From the human T2T-CHM13v2.0 reference genome, Homo sapiens, in assembly GCA_009914755.4 (NCBI GenBank), contig CP068257.2, positions 21,728,001-21,792,000 of the forward strand: 64,000 nt of DNA, given 5' to 3'. Below are positions 1 through 12,920 of the stretch, one piece after another; positions within the stretch are counted from its first letter, which is position 1; each line of letters begins with the position of its first letter. The position numbers were made by a program, and so were the translations under genes. A model generated the notes under the pieces. That model was not told the origin of the DNA and searched no databases. It worked only from the letters and a program-made list of their open reading frames with translations.

Positions 1-220
1 GCTAATATATTATGGATGCCAAAAGACTTCTTTCAAGGCATGTTATGTTCAAATATAAATAAAAAATCTTTAAATATACCTTTACCTTTGATATCTTGGG
101 AAGTTCCTTAGATCAGAAGATGTTTTCTTGAAAGTCAAAGTAATTACACATCTTGCAAATGCTAGATCATGGTTGATGCGTCAGTCTGGATAAAGAAACT
201 TGCTTGTCTGTTATTACCAA

Positions 221-244
221 AATAAATAAATAAATAAATAAAAA
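221..244. repeat. (AAAT)n microsatellite
   Basis: The sequence reads aataaataaataaataaataaa directly. Confidence 0.9.
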
Positions 245-2034
245 CCTCAGCATCTTCTGTCAGGTTATAAATGTCACCTTGTGATAACATTGCCTGTTCC
301 TTTGCAGGCACCCTTCTGCATTTATACATTGTTTCACACACAATACAAAATGGCATAGGCCTGATTGGATTATCAGCTCATATAAAATAAAATAATATTT
401 TTTACTATATATAGTTAATACAATATATTAATAACTAGCACTTCTTTTGTGTTTCTTTTTTCTTTGTCCCTTTAATGTGCTGAAGTGATTAAAAATATTA
501 TTACAATGTGTCATCAACTTTATAAGAATTACTTATAATCCTAGGCCTCAAATTTTCCTTTTCTGTATGACAATTTCCATGTAAAAATCCCAAATATAAT
601 TGTAGGACAAACTTCATTAAACAATACAATAAATATTCAGAATGATTCAATAGTCAAATCTCATAACAACACAGAAACTTTACCATACATTTTACCTCTG
701 ACTTACATAATTCACACTGATAACACCACCAAATGTCATTGGAACAGCTGAACTGGAACACAGAAAATGCTTCCTTTTGTGTAAAAATGCCCTTTTCTCT
801 TGCACCATTTTAATCCGTTCAGTTCATTAAGTTAGTCAGCAGCCTATAAAAAGAGGTTGGGGTAAGTTATTCCAGAAGGAGGGAGTAATATCAGTTCCCT
901 GCAATACCACATTCAGTAATTATCAATGGTCATTACTATCTAAAGTAGAACTGACTCAATCAAGTAAATATGGTCATATTGAATACTGATATACAGGGCT
1001 GGAAAACCATGAATGAAATTGCTAATGGGATTTCTCAATCGCTGTCATTGTGCACTAATGTAGAAATCAATAACTGATTTATTTTATCATCTTACCTTTT
1101 ATAATCCTCAGTGTTACCTCACAGAATTCTGTTTAGATAAATCTTATTGTAGACTTAAATAACATATCTAAAATTTGAGTATGATTTTAAATATTCTTTC
1201 TAATTTTCATTTCACATATACAATATAAATTTAACAATTTCTCAAAATCCTTAATAAGAAAATGTTGACACATCATATGTTATAATAAATTATGTAATTA
1301 CTTCTAATATCTCATTTATTCAAATGAAAAGTTTACCCTAAATGTGGTCAATAGAATCATGGTTCTGTGATTATGTGTTTCTGTAAAGGAAAAAAAAAGT
1401 TTTTCTAATTCCATATTTTGAAGAAGTATTCATGGATGCCACAATATAATATTTGAAATTTGATTTGAAATAATCATCGGGGCATTGAAGTGACATAAAG
1501 CACAATTTCAATAAATTGATACTTTCTGAAGGGGTTAAAGAGGTTCACATATAATTTATCTATTTTATAGATATTTTGCCATCACTTCATAATAAAAGCA
1601 AAAACAAACAAAACAAAAATGATGTGGTTAGTTTACCATCCAGTAAAGAAACATTATTTCTCAGCTAATGTCTCAAACTACAAGATATTGACATTAAATA
1701 ATAAAATTTTATACATCTATTTTTCCATTTTATTAGTAGCAAACTTTTTGTTAAAAATCTTTAAAAAGGCAATATAAGCAAGTGCATAAATATATATGCT
1801 CTCCATGTAGCAATTTGTCACTAAAATGTATCTTCCTAGTAGAATATATGTTCAAAATTAAAATACTCTTTTGTTTTCACCTTTTTAACCCTGTTTTGAA
1901 AATGAGTTATGTAAAGGTAACTGGAATGGCTAAACTGTGTCCCCAGCATTTGTATGTTGAAATCCTCACCTCTAGTATATTAGAATGTGACTGTATTTGA
2001 AGATACGGCCTTTAAAGAGGTAATTAAGTTATAA

Positions 2035-2300
2035 TAGGGTCATTAGGGTGGGCGCTAATATAATAAGTCTGGTTTCCATACAAGAGGAGGAGATTAGGAC
2101 ACAGACAGCGAAACATCAGAAGTGCACACACAGATTATCTGATTACACAGTGAAGTCTGCCCTCTGCAAGCCAAGGAGAGAGGTCTCAGGCGAAACCAAA
2201 TTTGTCACCATCTTGATCTTAGACTTTCAGCCTGCAGAACAATGAGAAAATCAATTTCTGTTGTTTAAGCCACACAACCTGGGGTATTTCATTATGACAT
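2035..2300 (+). mobile_element. ERVL-MaLR LTR fragment (MLT1/MST-like)
   Basis: It contains the motifs gtcattagggtgggc..ataagtctggtttccatacaagaggagg and cttgatcttagactttcagcctgcagaacaatgagaaaatcaatttctgttgtttaagccacacaacc. These match the 3' half of the MST/MLT1 LTR consensus as I remember it. Confidence 0.5.
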
Positions 2301-2392
2301 TTAGAGCAAACAAGCACAGTAACTTTTCCTAATTTTTTTTTCTCCTTCACATAATCAACTTTTCTATTAATATGTGTAGTTGTCTGCTAGGA

Positions 2393-2750
2393 CTGCCATA
2401 ACAAAATACCTGAGACTAGGTGATGTAAATAACAGAAATTTATTTTTTTACAGTTCTTGAGGCTGGAAGTCAAAGTTAAGGTATCAGCAGGTTTATTTTC
2501 TCCTGAGGTCTCTCTTCTTGAATTGCAGAAGGCATCTGCCAGATGTGTCCTCAGAGGGTCTTTTGTTTGTGTGCGCATCTCTGGTGTCTCTTTCTCTTCC
2601 TATAAAAACACTAGTAATATTGAATCAGGGCCTCACCCTTAGGACCTCATTTAAGTTTAGTTACCTTGTTAAAGGCCATATATCTAAATATAGTCACTTT
2701 AGGTTAGGGCTTCAACTTATGAATTTGGGAGTCAGCACAATTGAATCCAC
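2393..2750 (-). mobile_element. ERVL-MaLR LTR (MLT1/MST-like), inverted relative to 2035-2300
   Basis: It begins ctgccataacaaaatacctgagactaggtgatgtaaataacagaaatttatt and ends ...gggcctcacccttaggacctcatttaag...gttagggcttcaac. This is the reverse complement of the same LTR family as the 2035-2300 copy. Confidence 0.5.
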
Positions 2751-4445
2751 AAAATATGCATATGAAATGGGTGCTTTATATGTTTATTTGATTATAAACA
2801 TACATTTTTGTATTCAGGAAATGAGAGAGGGTCAAAAATTTGCATAAAATGCCTGATTATTACTATTCCTCCAAAATCTTTTTACTGTATTATGAGTAAC
2901 CATTCTGTAGATAGACTTCATTCTACTGTCATTTCAAAATGCAGTGCCAGCTTTTTTAACTCTCCTCAACATAATATCTGCCTTTTATAAGATTCAAAAC
3001 CATTAATATCATGCCTTTATTATATGATGGATTATTTTGTAGCCCCTCTTTCTGACAGTATCCCCCCCCAACTCACTATGAACATTTTTGTTTTTTAACT
3101 GTAAAAAAAAATCAAGCATGAATTTTATTGAAAAGTGCCTCCCATTTGAGTCTCATGGGCTGTGAAATATAGTTTGGATACAAGGACGAAGATAAATAGT
3201 TTTCATTTTTAGCCTACAGAAAATAATTTGTTCTGCTCTGGGAACTAGTAAATCTAAAAATCACCCTGACATAAATTCTCTCTTCTTTTAATAACGACCA
3301 TTTAAGTGGATGGGTGAATTCCTTTGGACTCCATGTGATTTATCAGAACAAATCTTATTAAAAATGTAATGGTTCAGACAATAATATTAGTCATTCATTT
3401 AGGATTAAACACTGTATCTAGGACAGGCTTTTAAAATGAAAACAAAATGTAAACATCATTCATAAATAATTGCTGAATCTTGAATATTTATTCTCTCAAT
3501 TATTATTATGTATATTTCTTTGTTCTTTAATTTTAAACTGAGAGAATATGTTTAATTACTCTGTGGAAAGGTAGGCCTATAAATTTTTAGTGTTGAAGCC
3601 TTCTTATTATACCCTATAATTGGCTTGTTTAGTTTAAAATTGATGTGAAAATAAGATGCTGCCACGACAGGTGTGTATTAAAAGTGAAATGACTGGTATC
3701 CTTGCATTATTAACATTAACTATACTGATCTAATCATATTACTAATTCTTACACATATTTTTACTTATTTATTTTACAACAATATGTTCAAATCATAAAG
3801 ACATAGTTAATATGACTATATTTAGGAAAATACACTAATATAACTTTTAATCATAAAGTTTTGAGTTTTTAATGACTTTAGTTAATGCTTCCATCATCTC
3901 TCAATTTGACCACTGCAAAACTTTATGAGATCCACATATATATGTCAGTAATCAACTTTGCCGCCAGAACATATTTTTAAATAAATATCTGATTATGTTG
4001 CTGTCTAATATAAAACTAGTTTTTACTTTTCGTAAAACAATAAAAATGAACTTCATCTGCCTACCCTTCATCAGGCATTCCCTCTGCCTTTCTACACTTC
4101 TCTTTAACCTGCCATTTTAAGTTACTCCCATTAACCTCAGTGTCTTTGCACAGCTGATTACTAACAGAACATCTACATGTACTTTTTCCATTCGTATCTT
4201 AATATTTTCATTCCAGATATAATCTGTACAGATTGTATATTGTAATATAAATGTCAATTATTCAGAGACATTTTGAGACATTTTATTTCTTTCCCCCAAA
4301 CTTCCAGGAACCTCATAGTTCTCTCTTCCTTTATAATATTATATTCAAATAAATGTTTAATGTCTATATCTTCCCTAGCTTTTAATTTCTATGAACATAA
4401 GGAGTAAGTCTTTTTGTTCACATTATATTCCACATACATAAAAAT

Positions 4446-4711
4446 TCTAAAAATGGGAGGTCAAGGCAGGTGGATCGTTTGAGCTCAGGAGTCTCAGACC
4501 AGCCTGGGCAATGTAATAAAACCCCATCTCTGCAAAAGTACAAAAGAAATTAGCCAGGCATGTTGGCATGCACCTGTAGTCCCAGCTACTTGAGAAGCTG
4601 AGGTGGGAGGATCACCCAAGCCTGGGAGCTCAAGACTGAGGTGAGCCGAGCCATAATCATGCCACTGCACTCCAGCACAGGTGACAGACTAAGACCTTGT
4701 CTAAAAAAAAA
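4446..4711 (+). mobile_element. Alu SINE (5' truncated)
   Basis: The run gggaggtcaaggcaggtggatcg...gcctgggcaatgtaataaaaccccatctct...gtcccagctacttgagaagctgaggtgggaggatcac...ccactgcactccagc is followed by a poly-A tail. Confidence 0.9.
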
Positions 4712-5045
4712 ATCTTAAAATATTAGTTACTCAGTGAATGTTTATTAAACAAATGAATAAAAGCAAGAGAAGAGGATACTTTGGAAACAGCAGACTAAGT
4801 GTTTCCAAGATCGGCTCCTCCATAAAAATAATGTAATGAGAACATTAGCAAAACATTGAAAACAAATTTAAAACAAACTGTTTTCAAGACTCTAAAATTA
4901 ACTAAAAATTTGCAAAATTTCAGGAGCACTTATTCAAGAAAAATAGTGAATGTCAATGAGAACAGTGAGCTTTTTGGTAGCTTACATTGCCTCATTTCCA
5001 TCCCACTCCTCATAGCGGTACCCTCAAAAGTCAATAACCTCAGAC

Positions 5046-5337
5046 TGGCATGGAGGCTCACACCTGTAATCCCAGCACTTTGGGAGTCAGAGGCGGGAGA
5101 ATCACAAGGTGAGGAGATGGAGACAATCTTGGCTAACATGGTGAAACCCTGTCTCTATTAAAAATACAAAAATTAGCTGGGTGTGCTGGCGCACACCTGT
5201 AATCTCAGCTACTTGGGCTGCAACAGGAGAATCAATTGAACCTGGGATGCAGAGGTTGCAGTGAGCCGAGATCATGCCTCTGCAATCCAGCCTGGCCACA
5301 GAGTGAGACCCCACATCAAAAATAATAATAATAATAA
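5046..5337 (+). mobile_element. Alu SINE with (AAT)n-type tail
   Basis: The run ggctcacacctgtaatcccagcactttgggag...tggtgaaaccctgtctctattaaaaatacaaaaattagctggg...gcagtgagccgagatcatgcctctgca is followed by aataataataataataa. Confidence 0.9.
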
Positions 5338-5493
5338 TTCCCTCACAACCAATGTACTTGTAAAAACCACCACTGTAGTACCACTTAGAGGGGTCCAACA
5401 AGTTTGGAGCTCCTAAAAGCCCCATGTCCAGAAAATTCTCTTTATCTGACTAGACTCACAGTCCTATCAATACAAATAGCCATAAACCCAGGC

Positions 5494-7783
5494 TGATATG
5501 GTTTGGCTCTGTGTCCCCACCCAAATTTCATCTTGAATTGTAATAATCCCCATGTGACTAGGGCAGGACCAGGTTGAGATAATTGAATCATTGGGGCAGT
5601 TTCCCCCATGCTGATCTCATGATAGTGAATGAGTTCCCATGAGATCTGATGGTTTTATAAGGGGCTAGCCCCATCATTCAGCACTCATTCTCTCTCCTGC
5701 TGCCCTGTCAAGAGGCACCTTCTGCCGTGATTATAAGTTTCCTGAGACCTTCCCAGCCATACAGAACTGTGAGTCAATTAAACCTCATTTCTTTATAAAT
5801 TACCCAGTCTTGGGCAATTCTTTATAGCAGTGTGAGCACAGATTAATACAGTAAATTGTACCAAGGGAGTGGGGCACTGCTATAAGGATATCTGAAAATC
5901 AGGAAGCAACTTTGCAACTACAAAATGGGCAGAGGTTGGAACAGGTTGGACGGCTCAGAAGAAGATAAAAAAAAGTGGGAAGATTTGGAACTTCATAGAG
6001 ACTTGGAGGGCTCCAAAGACAGGAAGATATAGAAAAGTTTGGTACTTCCTAGAGACTTATTGAGTGGCTTTCACTAAAATGCTGATAATGATATGGACAA
6101 TGAAGTCTAGGCTGAGGTGGTCTTACATGGAGATGAGGAACTTGTTGGGAACTAGAGTAAAAGTCACTTTTGCTATGCTTAAGCAAAGTGACTCATGGCT
6201 TTTTGCCCCTGCCCTTGAGATCTATGGAACTCTGAACTTGAGAGAGAGATGATTTAGGGTATCTGGGAGAAGAAATTTCGAAGCAGCAAAGCATTCAAGA
6301 GGTGACAGAGCATAAAAGTTTGGAAAATTTGTACCTTGACAATGTGGTAGAAAAGAAAATCTCATTTTCTGGGGAGAAATTCAAGCTAACTACAGAAATT
6401 TCATAAGTAATGAGGAGCAAAATGCCCATTGCCAAAACAATGGGGAAAATGTCCCAGGGCATGTCAGAGACCTCCGTGGTAGTGCCTCCCATCACAGGCC
6501 AAGAGGCCCAGGAGGGAAAAATGGTTTCCTGGGCAAGGTCCAGAGCCCCCTGCTGTGTGCAGCCACAGGACTTGGTGCCCTGTGTCCCAGCCACTTCAGC
6601 ATGGCTAAAAGGGGCCAAGGTACAGCTCAGCCCATTGCTTCCGAGGGTGCAAGCCCCAAACCTTGTCAGCGTCCATGTGGTATTGATCCTGGGGGTGCAC
6701 AGAAGTCAAGAATTGAGGCTTAGGAATCTCCTCCTAGATTTCAGAGGATGTATGGAAACACCTGGATGTCCAGGCAGAAGTTTACTGCAGGATAGGGCTC
6801 TCATAGATAACCTCTGCTAGGGCAATGTGGAAGGGAAGTGTGGGGTTGGAGTCCCACTATAAAGTCTTCACTGGGACACTGCCTAGTGGAGTTGTGAGAG
6901 GAGGGTCACAGTCCTCCAGACCCAGAATGGTAGATAAACTGACCCCTTGCACTGTGTGCCTAGAAAAGCCACAGATACTCAATGACAGCCTGTGAAATCA
7001 GCCTGGAGTGGTGCTATATACTGTAAAGCCACAGAGACAGAGCTCTCCAAGGCCATGGGAGCCTATCTCTTGCATCGGTGCAGCCTGGATGTGAGATATA
7101 GAGCCAACGGAGACCATTTTGAAGCTTTAAGATTTGGCTGCCCTACTGGATTTTGGACTTGCATGGAGTCTGTAGCCCTTTTGTTTTGTCCAATTTCTCC
7201 CATTTGAAATGGGTGTATTTACTCAATGTCTGTACCACCATTGTATCTAGCAAGTAACTAACTTGCTTTTGATTTTACAGGCTTATAGGCAGAAGGGACT
7301 TGCCTTGTCTCAGATGAGACTTTGAACTCGGACTTTTGGGTTAATGCTGCAATGATTAATACTTTGGGGAACTGTTAGAAGCACATGATTGTGTTTTGAA
7401 ATGTGAGGACATGAGATTTGGGAAGGGCCAGGTGCAGAATAGCATGGTTGGGCTCTGTGAGAAGAGGGTCACAGTCCTCCAGAACCCAAATCTCACATTG
7501 AATTGTAATAATCCCCATGGTCAAGGTGGGATCAGGTGAAGATAATTGAATAATTGGGGTATTTTCCCCCATGCTGTTCTTATCATGATAGTGAGTGAAT
7601 TTCCATGAGATCTGATGGTTTTATAAGTGGCTTTCCCCTTCACTTGGCACTCATTCTCTGATTTTAGGTTTCCTGAGGCTTCCCCAGCCATGAAGAACTT
7701 TGAGTCAATCAAATCTCTTTTCTTTATAAATTACCAAGTCTTGGGTATTTCCTCATAGCAGATTGAGAACAGACTAAAAGCAG
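5494..7783 (+). mobile_element. Full-length THE1/MST-type ERVL-MaLR element
   Basis: It has the structure 5' LTR (5494-5851), internal region, 3' LTR (7441-7783). The 5' LTR begins tgatatggtttggctctgtgtccccacccaaatttcatcttgaattgtaataatcccc and ends ...ttacccagtcttgggcaattctttatagcagtgtgagcacagattaatacag. The 3' LTR repeats gatctgatggttttataag...ccccagccatgaagaactttgagtcaatcaaatctcttttctttataaattaccaagtcttgggtatttcctcatagcagattgagaacagactaa. The total length of about 2.3 kb is typical for THE1. A possible 5-bp target-site duplication caggc flanks both ends. Confidence 0.75.
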
Positions 7784-8049
7784 GCTTTTGTCAAAAATAA
7801 TTAAGTAGCAATTGTTTAAATTTGAAGCTTCCTGAGGCACCAACACATGCAATACAAGCTAAAGGTTAATCAAATGACTAAAAGCACAGTGTGGACAATA
7901 AGATGTCCATAGAGGGCTTTAAAAAGTTCTGACATATTTCAGGGAATCTAGAAGTTCACACCCATTTGTAGGGCTGTGCCAATCCAAGAGAAGACCAAAG
8001 GAGTGCTAAATATCTGACTTCTGGCTAACTAACATTTATGTCTGCGTAA

Positions 8050-11000
8050 GTAAGAACTGAGGGCTAAAACAAAGACAAACACTGACATAGAGTTGAAGGT
8101 ATGCCTTAACACACACACACAGAGTACCCTGGCAAAATCTGGTGGATTTACTGGTTCAAGACATTTGAGAAAACCTCTGCTCACTCATTACCTAACCACT
8201 AAGTTAATCAAGAAAAGACTTCAGTGGCCACACACAACAAAGCATACAGAGTTTATGGTCCAGGAAAAATCACCAAACAAACAGCAGCAGAAACAACACG
8301 TAGCAACAAATCCTAGGGGGGAAAATGGTAATCTGCTTCCCATATAAGCACAAATATTTTATAGATGTTCAGCTTTCAACAAAAGCTATAAGACATGTAA
8401 AAAAGAAAAAAAAATATGAAAGTAATGCCCACATGCAGGAAATAAACTAAAGAAAAATATTTAATAGAAACTGTTCCCTTGGGCTTGGACAAAAATAATG
8501 AATAAAATCAAAAAGAAAAAAAACAAAAATTGTTTTCAATGAAACCCAGACATTGGAATTACTAGAAAATGTTTTTAAGTCAGCTATCATAACTATATTG
8601 ACAGAATAAAGAAAAACCATACCCAAAAAATTAAAATATAAAAACAATATCTCACTAAAAAGAAAATACTTAGACATAAAAATTGTAAATGCACACAAAA
8701 CTGAAATTCTGGCATGGAAACATACAATAACTAAAATTTAAAAATTCACTATAGTGGAATAACAAAATACTACACATGGCAAAAGAAAGAATCAGTGAGC
8801 TTAAAGATAGGTCAATTGAGATTATTCATTCTGAAAAATAGAAAAAATGAATGAATAAAAATAACCAGAGATTTATAGACCTATGAGACACCATTAAGCA
8901 TGCCAACATAAGCATAAAGGGAGTTCCAGAAGGAGAAGAAATACAGAATATGTAGTTTTTCATGGCTATTATTTATACAGACTTGGTGGCTTAAAAACAA
9001 CAGAAATTTGTTCTCTCCCACTTTTAAAGATCAAAGGTCTGAAATAATTTCACTAAAGTGAAATCAATATGTCAGCAGGAAAACACTCCCTGTGGAGGCT
9101 CCAGAAGATAATCAATTCCTCCCTCTTGCTGCTTCTCGTGGTTTCTGGCATTCTTTGAGTTCTAACTACATCACTTTAATCTCTGCCTCCATTATTCTAT
9201 TTCTTCCTCCTCTTCTGGTTCTATCAACTCTCCCTCTGCCTCTCTCTTATAAGGATACTCGTCCTTGCATTTAATACCCACCTGTATAATCTAGGATAAC
9301 ATTCCATATCAAGGTCCTTAATTGTATCCACAAGTGCTCTCTTTTCCTTACAAGATAACATTTAAAAGTTTCAGGGAGGATGACCTAATTTTGGGTGTAT
9401 GTTATTCAGCCAACTACACAGCGAAAGAGGAAGAATGAACATTTGAAGAAATATTGATTGAAAACTTTCTAATCTTGATGAAAATGTTAATTTATAAGTA
9501 CACGAAGCTTAAGAAATTTTAAGTAGTATAAACTTAAAGATATATAACACCTATTCTCCACTTATTAAACAAATGAAAGCCAAAAAACAGAGAATCTTCA
9601 AAGTATTAAGAGGGTAGTGACTTATCATATACAATTGTCCCTTGACAATATTAATAGCAGACCTTGCAAAAGAAATCAAGAAGGCCAGAACATTATATTC
9701 AAAGTGATAAAAAAAAAGACTGCCAATCAAGAGTTCTATATGAAACAAATAACCCTTCACAAGTGAATAGATAATAAAAAACAGAGGATCTATCATTAGC
9801 ACACCTGACCTACAGGGGATACTAAAAGAAGTCATTAAGTATGAAATAAAAGGTACTAGAGAGCAACTCAAATTTGTACAAAAAACAGTAAGAACTGATA
9901 AAGATATCATTTTTATGGGGTTGTAATGTATACAAATGAAATTTTCTTGATAATTAATCACAAAGGAGAGGGTGATAATGATGTTATACTGGAATACAGT
10001 TTAGTACACTATTAAAATTAAGTTGATATTTATCCAAGCTAAATTGCTTTAAATTAAGATGTTAATCCCCAGGATCACATCTAAGAAAATTACTAAAACA
10101 AATATAGTAAACGACATCCTAATAAAATTTAAGAGATACCTTAGAAAATAACTATTTAATCCAAAGAAGATAATGATAGAGAAATACAGGAATATAAAAT
10201 ACCTCAGTCATGTAAGAATCTAATAGCAAAATGTCAGGCATAAATTCTACATTATTGGTAATTACGTTACATGTAAACAAAGTGAATGTACCTATTGTCT
10301 GCAAGATTTAGAGACACAATAAGTAGAAAGTACTTATGTACTTTCTAATGGAAAAAAAACATGTCATATAACCAGTAATCAGAAGAGTGATTGATTAGTT
10401 ATAACAATGAGAAAAAGACTTTCAGACAAAAATTGTTCTTAGAGAAAAAATTGGACATTTTTTACTGATAAAAGTGTAAAACTATTAGAAGAATGTAACA
10501 ATTATAAATATATATGCACCTAACAACAATGTTCTAAATTACATTTAAAAACTACAGAATTAATGAGAGAAATATACAATCTCAACCATAATATTTAGAC
10601 TTAAATATTCTACTATTGACAATACATAGAACAAGGAGACAAAAAATCAACACAAATTGGAGGCTCGAATGACACACAAAAAATCAACCAATTCTAACCA
10701 ATATCTATGGAATGTACTGTGCAACAACAGCAGAATACACATTTTTTCCATTGTCCATAAAATATTTTCTTGGAGAGACTATATGTTCAGATATAAAATA
10801 AACCTCAAAATATTTGAATGGCTTAAATCATACAAAATATATTATCGACACGTAATAGAATAAAATTAACAATTAATAACAAAAGTACATTTGGAAAATT
10901 TAACAAATAGTGTGGTGCTCTCCTAAATAACCAATTTAAAAAAGAAAAAAATCACAAGGGAGATTATCAGATGAATAAATACAAAATCACAATATACCAA

Positions 11001-11990
11001 AAGTGAAGGCATGCAGCTATAGGAGTACCAATGGAAAAATATATAGCTGTAAATAACCATATTAAATGAAAAAAGAAAAGATCTCAAATCAATAACCTGA
11101 ATTACCACCTTAATAAACTAGAAAAAGCACAAAAAATGTAACCCAAAGTAGGCAGAAGAAGAAAATAATAAAGCTTACAGTGGAAGTAGATTATTAATAA
11201 AGGATAGGAGAAATTAGCAATTATCAAAAGTTTTTTTCCTGAAAAAGTCAACCAGGATGACAAGACTTTATCTGGACTGATCAGATAAAGAGCATGATGG
11301 AGAAAGTATGCAAAACATTTAAATAAGCAATAAGAAAATTATAAGAAAATACTATAAAAAACTATATCCCATTAAAGTAGACAAATTCCTAAGAAAACAT
11401 AAGCTATCAAAAGTCATTTAAGAAGGAATAGAAAATTCAAATAAATATGCAATAAGTAAGGATACTGAATTAGTAATCAATTTTCAACCAATGGAATCCC
11501 ATGCCTAGCCAGCTTCAAAGATGAATTCCATCGAACTTTTAAACATAAATAAACATCAGTTCTCCACAAACTTAACTGAATATAGAAGAGAATTGACTAC
11601 TTTGTAACTCATTTTATGAGGCCAAAATTACTCTGTTGCCTAAACCAGACAGGCTTCACAAGAAATGAAAATTACACAACACATTTATGGATACACACTC
11701 CCAAATTATCAAGAAAAAACTAGCAAATCAAACTCGGCAATATATGAAAAGAATCGTGCCCTGTGACCACAAATTATACTAAGAATGCAATGTTAATTTA
11801 ACATTTAAAAATCAATGAGTGTAATACCTTATGTTAATAGAATAAAGGAGAAAAATCATATGATCATCTCTGTATTTAAAAACAATATTGGACAAAAACC
11901 AACAATATTTGCACAGTATTTATTAGAAATGACAAATGAGTTCAATAAGGCTGTAGCCACATGATCTATATACAAAAATAAATTGCTTTA
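8050..11990 (+). mobile_element. Old L1 (L1M/L1P-like) body in sense orientation, spanning the ORF1 end through mid ORF2
   Basis: Sense-orientation L1 motifs are present. Near 8900: agcataaagggagttccagaaggagaagaa. Near 11610: atgaggccaaaattactctgttgcctaaaccagacagg. At 11790-11990 the ORF2 reverse-transcriptase region is recognisable. The copy is heavily diverged. The 5' boundary is uncertain. Confidence 0.6.
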
Positions 11991-12340
11991 CTATATTCTA
12001 GCAATTAACAATCCAAAATAAAATTAAGAATACAATTTCATTTCTGTGAAAAATGTCATTAGAATTTTGAAAGGAATTGCATTGACTCTGCAGATCACTG
12101 TGGGTATTTTGGACGTTTTACAGTTGAAAAAAAATAAAACACTTGGGAGTAAATTTTACAAGTCTTGTGGGTGTAAGACTTGTAAACTGAGAACCACAAA
12201 ATATTACTGAAAATATTAAAGCAGACTTAAATATATGAAAAGTAATCCGTGTTTATGTATCAGAAAAAAATTTGTTAAAATGGCAGTAGTTCCCAAATTA
12301 ATATGCCAAAATTCTTACCAAAATTCCAGTATCTTTTTTT
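11990..12340 (-). mobile_element. L1 ORF2 fragment in opposite orientation (antisense on the plus strand)
   Basis: At 12052-12120 the sequence ttctgtgaaaaatgtcattagaattttgaaaggaattgcattgactctgcagatcactgtgggtattttggacgttttaca matches the L1 antisense consensus ...ttctgtgaagaaaggcattggtagcttgatggggatggcattgaatctgtagattgctttgggtagtatggccattttaaca. Confidence 0.55.
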
Positions 12341-12362
12341 GTTGTTGTTGCATAAATGTGTG

Positions 12363-12920
12363 TGTGTGTTTGTATTAGTCAGGGTTCTCTAGAGGGACAG
12401 AATAGGAAATATGTATATGTGAAAGGGATTTTATTAAGGAGAATTGACTCACATGATCACAAGGTGAAGTCCCACTACAGGCTGTCTGCAAGTTGAAGAG
12501 CAAGGAAGCCAGTAGCGGCTCAGTCCAAGTCCCAAAACCTCAAAAGTAGGAAAATGGTCAGTGCAGCCTTCAGTCTGTGGCCAAAGGCCCAAGAGCCCCT
12601 TGCAAACCGCTGGTGTAAGTTCAAAGAGTGCAAAGGACAAAGAACCTGGGGTCTGATGTTTAAAGGCAGGAAGCATCCAGCACAGGAGAAACACAAAAGC
12701 AGGAAGACCCCCCACTCTGCTTCTTCCACCTTCTGCCTGCTTTTTCTAGCCAGCTGGTGGCCTATTGGATGGTGCCCACCCACATTGTGAATGCGTCTTT
12801 CTGAGTGTGGGTTTTCCTCTCCGAGTCCACTGACTCAAATGTTAATCCCTTCTGGCAACACCCAGAAACAATATTTTGCATCCTTCAATCCAAACAAGTT
12901 AACACTTAATATTAATTACA
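12363..12920. mobile_element. Interspersed repeat of the cagggttctc[tc]agag...tgcccacccacattg family (name not recalled)
   Basis: It begins gtcagggttctctagagggacagaataggaaatatgtatatgtgaaagggattttattaaggagaattgactcacatgatcac...ctgtctgcaagttgaagagcaaggaagccagtag...gtccaagtcccaaaacctcaaaag. It ends ...tggatggtgcccacccacattgtgaatgcgtctttctgagtgtgggttttcctctccgagtccactgactcaaatgttaatccc. This is a very common human repeat consensus pattern. Confidence 0.45.

Noticed and set aside
6410-6820. The 136-aa ORF inside the THE1 element
   Set aside because: It lies in the THE1 internal region, which is non-coding in this family. No gag/pol motifs are present. It is a random ORF in GC-richer TE sequence.
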